A DNA stretch of 64,000 bases, taken from contig NC_058133.1 of the NCBI RefSeq assembly GCF_016433145.1, forward strand, positions 261,563,836-261,627,835, in the 5' to 3' direction. The stretch is from Gracilinanus agilis (lineage: Eukaryota). Positions 38,240-48,991 of the stretch are shown in pieces; position 1 is the stretch's first letter, and each line of letters opens with the position of its first letter. A model generated the notes under the pieces. That model was not told the origin of the DNA. It worked only from the letters and a program-made list of their open reading frames with translations, and made no database searches. The translations under genes were made by a program, and so were the position numbers.

Positions 38240-39110
38240 GACTGGATTCCTTAAAAGTCACTTCCAGTTCTGACATTCTATATTCTTTAATATTTTTTTC
38301 AGCTCACTCTATGTTCTTTATCTTAACAACATTCTATATTTGAAGATACTTTCCAGCTCAAACATTCTATGTTCTTTATCTTAACATTCCTTGTTCTAAG
38401 GTCCCTTCCAGCCCAAATATTCTATGTTCTTTGCCTTAACAACATTCTATATTTTAAGGTTCTTTCCAGCTCCAACATTCTATGTTCTTTGTTCTCTTCC
38501 AGCTTAGAGATTCTATATTCTTTAACAACATTCTATATTTTAAGGTCCCTTCCAGCTCTGACAGTCTATGTTCTTTGTCTTAACAACATTCTATGTTTTA
38601 AAGTCTTTTCCAGCCTAGACATTTTATGTTCTTTGTTTTAACAATATTCTATATTTTAAGGTCCCTTCCAGATCCAACAGTCTATGTTCTTTATCTTCTT
38701 TAAGATACTTTCCAGCCCAGATATTCTATGTTCTTTGTCTTAATAACATTCTATATTTTAATGTCCCTTCCAGTTCTGACATTCTCTATTCTTTATCTAC
38801 TTTAAGACACTTTGCAGCCCAGATAGTCTATGTTCTTTGTCTTAACAACATTCTGTAGTCTTAGGTCCCTTCCAGATCCAACAGTCTATGTTCTTTATCT
38901 TCTCTAAGGCACTTTCCAGCCCAGACAGTCTATGTTCTTTGTCTTAACAACATTCTATAGTCTTAGGTCCCTTCCAGCTCCGACATTCTGTCTTAACGTA
39001 CCATGTTCTAAGGCCCCTTCCAGTTCTGACAGTCTGTTTTGACATTCTAAGTTCTAATGACCTTTCCCCAGATTCCATATTCTAAACTCCAATATTCCAC
39101 ATTCTAGGGC
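38240..39110. repeat. Tandem array (~17 units) of a MIR3-tail-like unit with a 102-bp higher-order period
   Basis: The unit core is taaggtcccttccagctctgacattctatgttct. The word gtccc recurs at 38661, 38763, 38865 and 38967, a spacing of 102 = 44+58. Confidence 0.9.
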
Positions 39111-39384
39111 CCAAGTTTCCTTTCACCCTTGTGACTTGAGTTTATGGGCTCGGTGATTATGAGACTGACTTTTTTTTATGAGTACTACTTGACAGAGAAT
39201 GAGGCTTCCACCCTGGGTACCCATCAAGGGATATGTGTCGGGAGGGACATGGGCAAAGCTCGGTGAGAAATCCTCCTCCCTCTCCCACATTTCCAGCACT
39301 CTGAGGCTTTTTCTGGCTTCAGTGACTGAGAGTTTCTCTCTCCTGCCCCGACACCCAGCCTCCCCATGCGTCCCAGCGGCCCAC

Positions 39385-39805
39385 CTGCAGTGATGTTGAG
39401 CAGCTTGCAGGCAGTCTCAATGTCCTTCAGCACCTCCCCGACCACCATGGACTGTACTTGCTCTAATGAGTGCTCCTCCAGGGTCAGGTTACCTGGGGGG
39501 TAGTCTAGACCAGCCCCCTGGGCCTGGCTGTCGATGATGGGGCACTGCTCTGGCTCCTTGGGGGCCTCTTCACGGCCCCCATCGACAGGATCCTTCCCCG
39601 CCCAGGTTCCCTCTTCAGGGTATAGCATATCGAAGTAGGAGAGGTAGAAGGCCGACAAGCCCTGCTCAGGGGTGGCGGGCGGGCTGGGGCTCCAGCCTCT
39701 CCTCTCGGCCCCCGACCCCTTTTCCAGGCCGGTCCTTAGCCCCGTGTCAGGCAAGAGGTGGCGGGTTGGCGGTGGGGCGCTCAGGCCGGGGCTGGCGCTG
39801 CCCAT
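39385..39805 (-). CDS. SPDEF: SPDEF first coding exon (N-terminal 140 codons + 1 nt)
   Basis: The ATG is at 39805-39803. It reads MGSASPGLS...PEQGLSAFYLSYFDML...LEEHSLEQVQSMVVGEVLKDIETACKLLNITA, and the donor is G|GTGGG at 39384. An upstream acceptor (ctccacAG, 39833-39832) gives a 26-nt 5' UTR portion (39831-39806). Confidence 0.96.
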
Positions 39806-40130
39806 GGCTCCACTCAGGTTGACCGAGGTGTCTGTGGAGGGTAGAAGAACGAGGATTTCAGTTTCATCCCCAAAGTCCTGCTCCCCCCGCGGGGGCTGCT
39901 AAGCCTGTTAGGGGGATAAGAGACTGGGCAGGGACCCTGCCAGGCTCAGGGGCTTCAGGGTCATTGGGCAGCGAGAAGACCCAGCCGAGCTCTGGAAGAC
40001 ACAGACGTGCCACTAGAAAAGGGAAACGCACCGCGGCTAAGGCGAGATGGGGTGAAGGGAGGCCTCCCAGGCGTGGGGCGGTGGGACCGAGATCAAGGCG
40101 CCCGAGGGGAAAGGACTTCGCCTCCCCAGG
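39481..40130. promoter_or_regulatory. CpG-island-like region over the SPDEF first coding exon and its upstream flank
   Basis: About 34 CpG in 650 bp by hand count, against a strongly CpG-depleted background. A GC box-like ggggcgg lies near 40075-40081. Confidence 0.6.
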
Positions 40131-40735
40131 ATGCTGATTGGAGAAGGACAAGCTCTGCACATTTTAAAGGGTGCTGAACTCTCGAGTCTTTGCCTCCGGA
40201 GGGGGACACATGAACAACTACCATAACAGGAATAATAAGGAGGGCGGACAATCATATATTGCTTAATATAAATTAATCAATGGTGTTGCTTAATAAAATT
40301 GCTTCAACAAAGTCATTTACAGACATGACCTCATTGGATCCTCACAATAGCCTGTGATGCAGGAAGTGCTACAATCATTCTCAGGTGAGGGCTGAGGAAA
40401 CTTAAGACTCAGAAAAATGAAGAAAATTGCCAAGGTGAGTGGCAGAGGCAGTTCTCCCGGCTCCCGGTGGATAGATCCTCACTCTTACTCTTTACAGACA
40501 CCAGGCTGCCTTCAAGACAGATTTCCCCATGAATCAGGAACTAGAGGGCATGGATTTGAATTCAGTTCTGCTCCTTACTCTTGGTGACCTTGGGCAAGTC
40601 ACTCTTAATATTATTAATATTAACAACATTTATATATTACAATTAATGTAATTTATTAATGACATGTAAATGATAATTAATGATATTAATAACAATAATG
40701 TCATTTGTAAAAAGAAAGGCTTCAGAAACACTGTC

Positions 40736-40864
40736 TCCCTCCTGACCCCCAACCAGGCACCCAGCCTCACCACAATCCACTCATCCCAACCTCTGACTAG
40801 CAATGATATCGAGCAGCTTGCAGGAAGCCTTAATGTCCTTTAGCACCTCCCCAACCACCATGGA
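40736..40864 (-). pseudogene. Decayed partial copy of the 3' end of the SPDEF first coding exon, with adjacent intron flank
   Basis: 40800-40864 matches 39387-39451 at 57/65 with no gaps. It reads SMVVGEVLKDIKASCKLLDIIA against SMVVGEVLKDIETACKLLNITA. The intron words cacccagcctc and cc(a/c)acct are also shared. Confidence 0.92.
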
Positions 40865-40980
40865 TGGATCCTGGGTCCCTTCTAGTTTCAAATCTATAGT
40901 TCTAGAGTTTCTGATCTCTTCTGGTCTTACTCCTGGTACTCATTCAGTCAAGAAACACCATCAAGAAATAGCATTGTTGG

Positions 40981-41180
40981 GGGCAGCTGGGTGGTCCAGT
41001 GGATTGAGAGCCAGGCCTAGAGACGGGAGGTCCTGGGTTCAAATCTGGCCTCAGACACTTCCCAGCTGTGTGACCCTGAGCAAGTCACTTAACTCCCATA
41101 GCCTAGCCCTTACTGCTCTTCTGCCTTAGAACCAATACCTAGTATTGATTCTAGGATGGAAAGTAAAGATCTAAAAAAAA
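40981..41180 (+). mobile_element. Young SINE1_Mdo-type SINE
   Basis: The sequence is near consensus (ggggcagctgggtgg.ccagtggattgagagccaggcctagagacgggagg...). It is flanked by atcaagaaa(t/c)ag(c/t)attgt at 40960-40977 and 41181-41198. Confidence 0.9.
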
Positions 41181-41183
41181 ATC

Positions 41184-41366
41184 AAGAAACAGTATTGTCC
41201 ATCCTTCTGCCATCAAGAAACAGTATTGTCTGTCCTTCTGCCAATAAGAAACAGTATTGTCCGTCCTTCTGCCAATAAGAAATAGCATTGTCTGTCCTTC
41301 TGCCAATAAGAAACAGTATTGTCCATCCTTCTTCCATTAAGAAATAGTATTGTCCATCCTTTTGCC
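41184..41366. repeat. 31-bp minisatellite, 6 copies
   Basis: The unit aagaaacagtattgtccatccttctgcca(tc/at) starts at 41184, 41215, 41246, 41277, 41308 and 41339. Confidence 0.93.
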
Positions 41367-44300
41367 TCTAGGTTAAGCAGGTCCTTGTGGTAAAGGACTG
41401 ACCATCTTAACTCAGGCCTCTGATCTATTTCTTCAAAAAAAGGGTTCTTTCTTTCTTTCCTCAATAACCTATCCTAGTATCCCAACACACAAATGAGGAA
41501 GTGTCTTCAGAAGTCTAACTCCAAGCCTTTCTATGTAACCTAACCTGTTTCCTCTTGCCCTCTTATTTCCTCTTATTCTATCACCAGAGACAAAACAGAG
41601 AACGGAACCTTCTAATTGTACTATACCTAGGAATGTGTTGATAAATGTTTAACAACTGGCTTTCTGTGGGAGGTACCTAGAGCATTCTATGCTTCATATC
41701 TTAATAATATTCTATATTCTAAGGTCCCTTCCAGCTCTGACATTCTGTGTTCTGTATCTCAACATTCCAGGTTCCAAGGCAGAAGAGAGGTAAGGCCTAG
41801 GTAACTGGGGTCAAGTGACTTGCCCAGGGTCACACAGCTTGGAAGTATCTGAAGTCGCATTTGAACCCAAGACCTCCCATCTCTAGGCCTGACTCTCTTT
41901 CTATTGAGTTTTCTACCTGGTGGATTGATTTTTGACATCAAATCAGTTTGAGAATTCTAGAAATAAAATAAAAATCCAATATAGAACATTCTGGATTCCA
42001 TTTTATGTAAAATGAATAAACTTTATTCTTGGTCTCCCTAATAACCTGCTCTCTCTTCAATTCTATCCTAGTCTGAGGATGTCTAACTGCCCATCCTTTT
42101 AAGAGGATAGGTTTGCTTATCTCCTTAGAGAAAAATCAGCATGGTATATTGGGCAGCTATGTGGTACAGTGAGTATAGTGTCAGGCCTAGGGTCAGGAAG
42201 ATCTGAGTTCAAATGTGGCCTCAGACTCTTACTAGTTATGTGGCCTTGGGTAAGTCACTTCACCCTGTTTGCCTCAGTTTCCTCATCTTTAAAAGCAGCT
42301 GGAGAAGGAAATAGCAAACTACTAGCTGTGTGCCCCTAGGAAACTCACTTCACCCTGTTTGTCTCAGTTTCCTCATCTGTAAAAAGAGCTGGAGAAGGAA
42401 ATGGTCAATCACTAGCAGTGTGAACCTGGGCAAGTCACTTCACTCTGTTTGCCTCAGTTTCTTCATCTGTAAAAGAAGCTGGAGAAGGAAATGGCCAACC
42501 ACTTCAGTATCACTGCCAATAAAACTTCAACTGGGGCCACAAGGAGTTGATCATGAATGAAACAACCAAACAACAAAATAGTGAGTTGAATATTGGCCCT
42601 AGACTACCTGGTCTGGTCACTACTTCAGTCACTTACCGAAGCTAGGCAAGTAGCTTAATCTCTCTGGGTCTCATTTTTTTTCATAAGTAAAAAGAAAAGA
42701 TTAAACTCTGACCTATAAGGTTCATTGCCATTCTAAATATGTGGTGCTTTCTATGATTCTTTTGTACATTTACTCACACTAAAATATTTTTTTCACTTTT
42801 TAAGCACTGTATTTGTTGTTTGTTTTTTCCACACTAAAATATGAAGAACTCAATATCCCATTCCTTGACCCAGTGTCTAAAGAAAGCCCAGAAAGGGGGC
42901 AATGTTTAACTCAAAGGAATGAATTGAGAAAACGAGGTAGATTGGGCTCCATGATCTCTATTGGTCTCTTCCAACATTCTGCCATTTTGTGATGATGCTG
43001 GGGAGCCCTTCTGGTTGACCTCCAGGCATCAAGGGGAGTAAAGGAGACAGGCAGGGACAAGGTCTCCCCCCTCCTCGACATATAATTCATGATTATGGAG
43101 AGAAAAAGTGCAGGAGAATGAACGAACGAATCGCCAACTACTCTGGGAAAAGAAGGTTTAAGAAGGATCCTACCCAGGTCTTCAGACCCACAGGCAGAAC
43201 CAGAAGAATAAAAATCTGGCATGGAAATTGAATCCAGCTTTCTAGAGATTGTTAGTAAGAACAAGGAGGGGAAAAAAGGTTTCCTTTGGCTGTCTCTCCC
43301 TTCCTTGGGTTACTTGAAGTGACAAGGTCTGAAAGGTCAGAATGGGGTGGAGTGTGACAGGTTGGGGTGGGGGGAGACAGAGGGAAGGCCTGGAGAGAGT
43401 TCAGGTCCTTCTGTGCAAACACACGTGTATGCTGTGGGATGAGGTTATTTACCTAGGCATTCAGGACAGGCTGCACCAACAGCCTGGCTCTCCCTGTCCC
43501 TCTGTTCCCCGCCTCCTGGGCCCACACCCTTCCCCCCTACCCCAAGTCAGTGCCCCATTAACCACAAAGGTGTGGGAGTCCCTAGAGGTCCCCCATTCAC
43601 CACCATTTTCTTTCTTGTTCTCCAATCTGGGCCATATCCTCCCCCCACCCCCATTGCTGCCACGTTAGGACATATACTGCCAGTCCTGCTAGGCTGACTG
43701 CCAGGAAGAGCAGGATTTTCCCAAGAAGCAGGAGAACTCACTCCCCCCTTGTGCTGTGGCTATATTCTTGGCTTCAATCATGTGTAGGAAACAAGGATGG
43801 TTGCTGGGCTTTGGGGTTAGGGCGACAGGGGAAGGGACAAGTTGGGGAGTGGCAGAGTTTGCCAAACTTGGGAAAGAGGGAGCAGACAAGCCTCCCCCCA
43901 CCTTCCTGCTGCCACCCTGATGCCTCGTGCCCACACACCTGAAACCCAATCTCTTCCCACAAGCTCCTGAGGGATTGAAAAAGCTTTGATTAATTCCAAG
44001 TTCCAAGATTTCCTTTTGGGTCACTTTTTCCAAGTGAAAGAGAAGTTAATCATTAATCTTAAGGCTGTAATTGTCTGAAAGCTGTACAAAAGGTGGAAGG
44101 TGGTGGGGAACATTGCCCAGAGGGGAGTAGGGAGCTCCTTAGGACGGGGGGAGACCTCTTCTTGCCTAATCCAAGAGACTCAGGGGTGGCATTGCCCAGG
44201 CACCCCCACTAAGCTTACCAGCCAAGGAAGATGGGTAGCACTGGGGGACAGGGGTGCATGTCCTTGCACACCTCAATGGACCCATCTGTTCTTATCTTGC

Positions 44301-44554
44301 TCTTCGGTTTAGCTGGCTGGGAGTCTCTGAGTTGGCATGGTGCTATGGCAGAAAGAGACCGATATTTGGAACTGTGGGATTTAAGTTCAAAATCTGTCTC
44401 GAGGCAATCTTGAACAAATCACTGAACTTTTCTGGGTTTCTCCCTCCTACATGAGGGAGTTACCTGAGATGATGTGGGCAAGGCTCCTTCTGGCTCTAAA
44501 TTTTGTTGTTCTCTGAGCATCCTTTTGTTCACACTCTTTAGTAAAACTCTACAA

Positions 44555-44776
44555 CAGAAGTTCTTAACTTTTGGAGGGTCGTGGACCCCATTGATAGTCT
44601 GGTGGAGCTTATATACTGCTTGTGAGAGAAAAAAAATGTTTTTAAACAATTGAAGGAAATGCTCAATTTCAGTTAGAGGTTAGCCAAAATAGGCGTGTGA
44701 TTTTTTTTTTTCACCATCTAAGTTTATAGATCCCTCTGAAATGCATCTACAGACCCCTAAAAGGTTAATGGAACCA
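44555..44776. mobile_element. Old Charlie-type MITE fragment
   Basis: It starts cagaagttcttaacttt..ggacccc..agtctggtg and ends ..aaaggttaa... A related fragment lies near 28470-28650. Confidence 0.55.
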
Positions 44777-46164
44777 CGGCCCTACCAAAATCCCTAAAAG
44801 TAATTGACCTCGCATCTCTTGCTCCTCCAAAGCACCTGGCCCAACGCTGCCACACTATGTTCCTAAAACCCTTCTTGAATGTCACTGCCCTGGTCAAAAA
44901 CGTTCAACGATTCTCCACTGCCCATCACACCAAGACCAGAGTCTTCATCGTGGCCTTCAAGGTCCTCTTTGGCCACAAGCCAACTTGCCCCTCAAACCTT
45001 AGCTCACCCTGTCACCCCAACACACACAGTCACTGCTTTAATCAGAGCCGTTCCCTGTCATCCCCTATTTACAGTGGTCCATTTCTTCTTTCACTTATGC
45101 TAGGAATTCCTCCCTTGTTCCCCACCATGAACCGAATCTGTCTGTGATCATCTCTCATCATGGTAAAACGGGGCAAATCTCAGGGTTGTTATGGGAATCA
45201 AATGAGAGAATAAATGTAAAGTGCTTCCTTTACTGCCTGGGACCTAGTAAGCACTATATAAATATTAGCTAGTCTTATTAAAATAAATGCTGATTGACCG
45301 ACTGATAGCTTGTCCCACCTGCTCCATGAAGACTTCCCTGAGCATGCCAGCACCCCATTAAGTTCTCTCACGCCTATTACTATAATACTTAGATTCTACT
45401 GCACTATTCAGACCTTGATTATGTATCCAGGAATGCATTATTATCTACAGAGATTGTCTATAGAGCGGCTAGGAGATGGTGCAGTAGATTGAGCACTGGA
45501 CCTAGAATTGCAAAGACCTGAATTTGAATTCAGTCTCAGTCATTTATTTGCTTTGTAAACCTTGGGTAAGTCTCTTAACCTCTGTCTACCTCAGTTATCT
45601 CACCTATAAATAAATAATAAGTAACAAAGAGAGAATAATAGCACTAACTTCTCAAGAGTTGCTGAGATATATCTGTAAGATGCCTTGTAAGCCTTAAAGC
45701 ACTAAATAAATGTGAGTTGGGGCAGTTAGTTTGACTGAATAGATTGAGAGCCAGGTCCAGAGACTGGAGGTCCTGGCTTCAAATCTGACCCCAGATACAT
45801 CTAGATTTGTGATCCTGAGCAAGTCGCTTAATCCCCCATTGCCTAGGCCTTATTACTCTTCTGCCTTGGAACTGATACACAGTATTGATTCTAAAACTGA
45901 AGGTAAGGATTAAAAATAAATAAGTGTGAGCTATCTGAGCAACAAATAATTGCTAACTGTTTTTAATTATCTAATTGTTTTGCGTATAAGTTTTGAAATA
46001 TTGATTTCTTAGTTCAGTTATAAACTGCTTAAAGGCAAATATATCATGTGCTTTCCCACACCAGGCTATTCATGATGCAGGAAAATAGAACAGGCAATTA
46101 AAATACACGAAGAAACATTGAACATAGAATGTTAGTGTTAGAAGAGACCTGAGAGATGAACAAA

Positions 46165-46187
46165 TCTATCTATCCATCCCTCCTTCC

Positions 46188-46267
<80 letters not shown>

Positions 46268-46335
46268 GTCTGTCTTGTCTATCTATCTATCCATCCGTCC
46301 GTCCGTGCGTCCATCCGTCTGTCTGTCTGTCTATC
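46165..46335. repeat. (TCTA)n / (TCTG)n / (TCCG)n compound tetranucleotide repeat
   Basis: Directly visible. Confidence 0.95.
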
Positions 46336-47817
46336 TCTGGAAGTGAACTGCACCCATGAATCAGGTTTAGTCTTATTCTATCCACAATCACAGATTAGAG
46401 AGAAAGGAAGTTTTGTCTAAAGATAAAGATATAGATTCACAGAAAGTCCTCAGTTTCCTCATTTGTCAAACAAGCTGGAGAAGAAAACAGCAAACCACTC
46501 CAGTTCCTTTGCTAAGAAAACCCTAAATGGGGTTATGAAGAGTTGGACACAACTACAACAACTGAACAATAACAACAAATATATATGTAACTGACCTTTG
46601 CATAAACTGTTAATTAGGTTCATTATTATTCCGACTTTACATATGAGGAAACTGAGGCACAAGGCAATTAAGTGCTCATGGTCACACAGATAGTGTCTGA
46701 GGTAGGATTTCAAGTCAGGTCCTCCTGATTCTAGCATTCTGTGCCACTTAGCTGCCTCAGATCCTTTGTTTTATAGATGGGAAAACTGAGGTTCAGAGGG
46801 GGGGTATAGTGAATTCTCCAAGATTCTATGGGGAGAAAGTAGCAAAGCTGAGATTTGATCCCAGGTTTCCTGACTCAAAATTCAAGCTTCTTTCCACAAC
46901 ATCATGCTACATGATGACTTGCTATTGCCTGCTCTTCGATCTGTGAGAACCCACCCCAAACTGCCCTTGCCTCCCTGGAAAGGAAGGTTCTGGTTGGTCA
47001 GTCAGCTTCCGTTAGGACCAAGGGGCTGGGTGCTGCCTGGGTACAGCTTTGTCTCCCTGGGTGATGCCTCTGTCTTTTGCAAAATTTTAGCTGATTTTCT
47101 CTGGATTAAGCTACAGACATGGACGGATCAGCTTCTCTTTGCCATCCCCCCATTCCACTTCTGTACAAAGGGATTCTGGTAACAGCTGGTGTGGCCAGAG
47201 ACAGTCAGGGGTAGAGAGAGCTGTGAAGCAGGGGACAGAGAGGATTAAATAGCTCAGATGGCTCCAGCCCCTAGCCCCACCTAGAGAAGAAAGGAAAAAG
47301 TTGAAAGAACCAAGATGAGATCATGTCTCCTTTCTCCCATTCCTTCCCTGATGAAGCTGCTTCCTCTACAGCAACTTTGTCTCCCCAGTGCCCTCTAACT
47401 CCTTTCTCCCAAGCTTCCTTCTCCACCCCCCCCCACCCGCCCCATTTCTTATTTGCTCTGCCAGTTTCCTTTGGTTCCCTTAGAAATGGAGCCACAGTGG
47501 CACTGAAATCACTAGAAGGCTTAACCAGGACCCCGAACCCAGAGGCTACCAGAACTGAGGATTGTTGAGGACTGGCCTTGAGTTCCAAATGCTCAGTGCT
47601 TTCTACCTCTGTCACTGCACTCAGGATATATAGCTTAGCGATGAGGTAGGAGTTGGGTGTATGGGGCGTAGGAGTTAAGGCATCTTGCTCTGGTTTTAAT
47701 CTCACACCTAGCCCTAATCCCAAAGATGGTCAACCCTTCTCCAAAGTTTGTTCTGATGGTGGCGCCATATAATCATGTGGTATTAGGACTGGAAGATACT
47801 TTAGAGATTATATCATC

Positions 47818-48991
47818 CTGGGGTTCTTAGTCCTTAGAGTCTGAAATTAGTCTTTTGGTTGGTTGGTTGGTTTTTTTTAATAATTGTAACCCAAAAGTCT
47901 CAGTGCAGTTTTAAGCAATATAAATAGATATTTATATATGATATTTGGGGAGGTGGCATAGTGGATAAAGAATTAAGTTTGGAATCAGGAAGATTCATCT
48001 TCATCAGTTCAAATCCAGCCTTGGACCATTTTCTAGCTCCGTGACCCTGAGTAAGTCACTTTACCCTGGTTAGTTCAGGTCTTCATTTGTAAAATAAACT
48101 GGAAAAGGAAATGGCAAACCACTCCAGTATCTCTGCCAAGAATACCCCAAATGCGATCATGAAGAATTGAACTCAATTAAACAAGAACAACAAATGATAT
48201 CTAATTTACATAAGTATATAAAGTCATAAGTATATCGCTCATTTCTTTTGTGATCCTACATAGTTCGTTTTATGCACTGAAAAGCATTATTCTGGGTGCA
48301 GCTGGGTAGCTTAGTGGATTGAGAGTCAGGCCTAGACACGGGAGGTCCAAGGTTCAAATCCAGTCTCAGACACTTCCCAGCTGTGTGACCCTGGGCAAGT
48401 CACTTGACCCCCATTGCCCACCCTTACCACTCTTCCACATAGGAGCCAATACACAGAAGTTAAGGGTTTAAAAAAATAATAACAAAAAGAAGAAAAAAAA
48501 GGAAAGCATTATTCTGGCCACAGAATTAATACTGGAAGAAAAAATCGTGCATGTTATCTCCTGAGAAGGAACTGAAAGGTGAAAATTTGAAAGATTTAAG
48601 TTGTATGAACATGTCTCTCTCCCAAATGATACTTTAGCTGTGATATGGGAAGGGTAGAAAGGGGATGGGACATTTGAGGATAAATGCTATTAATAAATAC
48701 ATTAATTATTATTATTTTGCAAAAAGGAAGAGACTGGACTATCCAGAAGGAAAGCTTTGAACGTTTCATGTGGGATTTGTTATGTGGTTATGAAGCAAGC
48801 TAAACATCTAAGAGATTTGTGATTTCATTTATGTACAATCTTTTTTTGTACATGGAAATGCTTGGTTTATTCAGTTTTGTAAAATTTGGAATAAAAAAAC
48901 CAAAACCAAAAGTATTATTCTGAGAATAGATCCAGAGGTTTTACTAGACTGCCAAGGGGAGTCTGTGACACTAAAAAAATTCAGAACCCTT
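47818..48991. mobile_element. Old Charlie-type MITE split by nested MAR1 (~47948-48195), SINE1 (48296-48502) and L1 fragment (48517-48908)
   Basis: The ends are ctggggttctta.. and ..cagaaccctt. The MITE words aaagcattattctg|agaa..ccagactgccaa.. are continuous once the inserts are removed. An uninterrupted relative lies near 49800-49945. Confidence 0.7.

Noticed and set aside
39224-39384. Apparent 53-aa C-terminal extension of the SPDEF ORF
   Set aside because: It is read-through into the intron past the donor at 39384, with no homology and a canonical in-phase junction to 20923.
40981-41060. tRNA-like A/B-box sequence (also in many other copies)
   Set aside because: These are SINE heads followed by CORE and tail sequence, with no cloverleaf, so they are not tRNA genes.
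41184-41366. 31-bp direct repeats suggestive of a CRISPR array
   Set aside because: The units are head-to-tail with no unique spacers, there are no cas genes, and the context is a mammalian intron.
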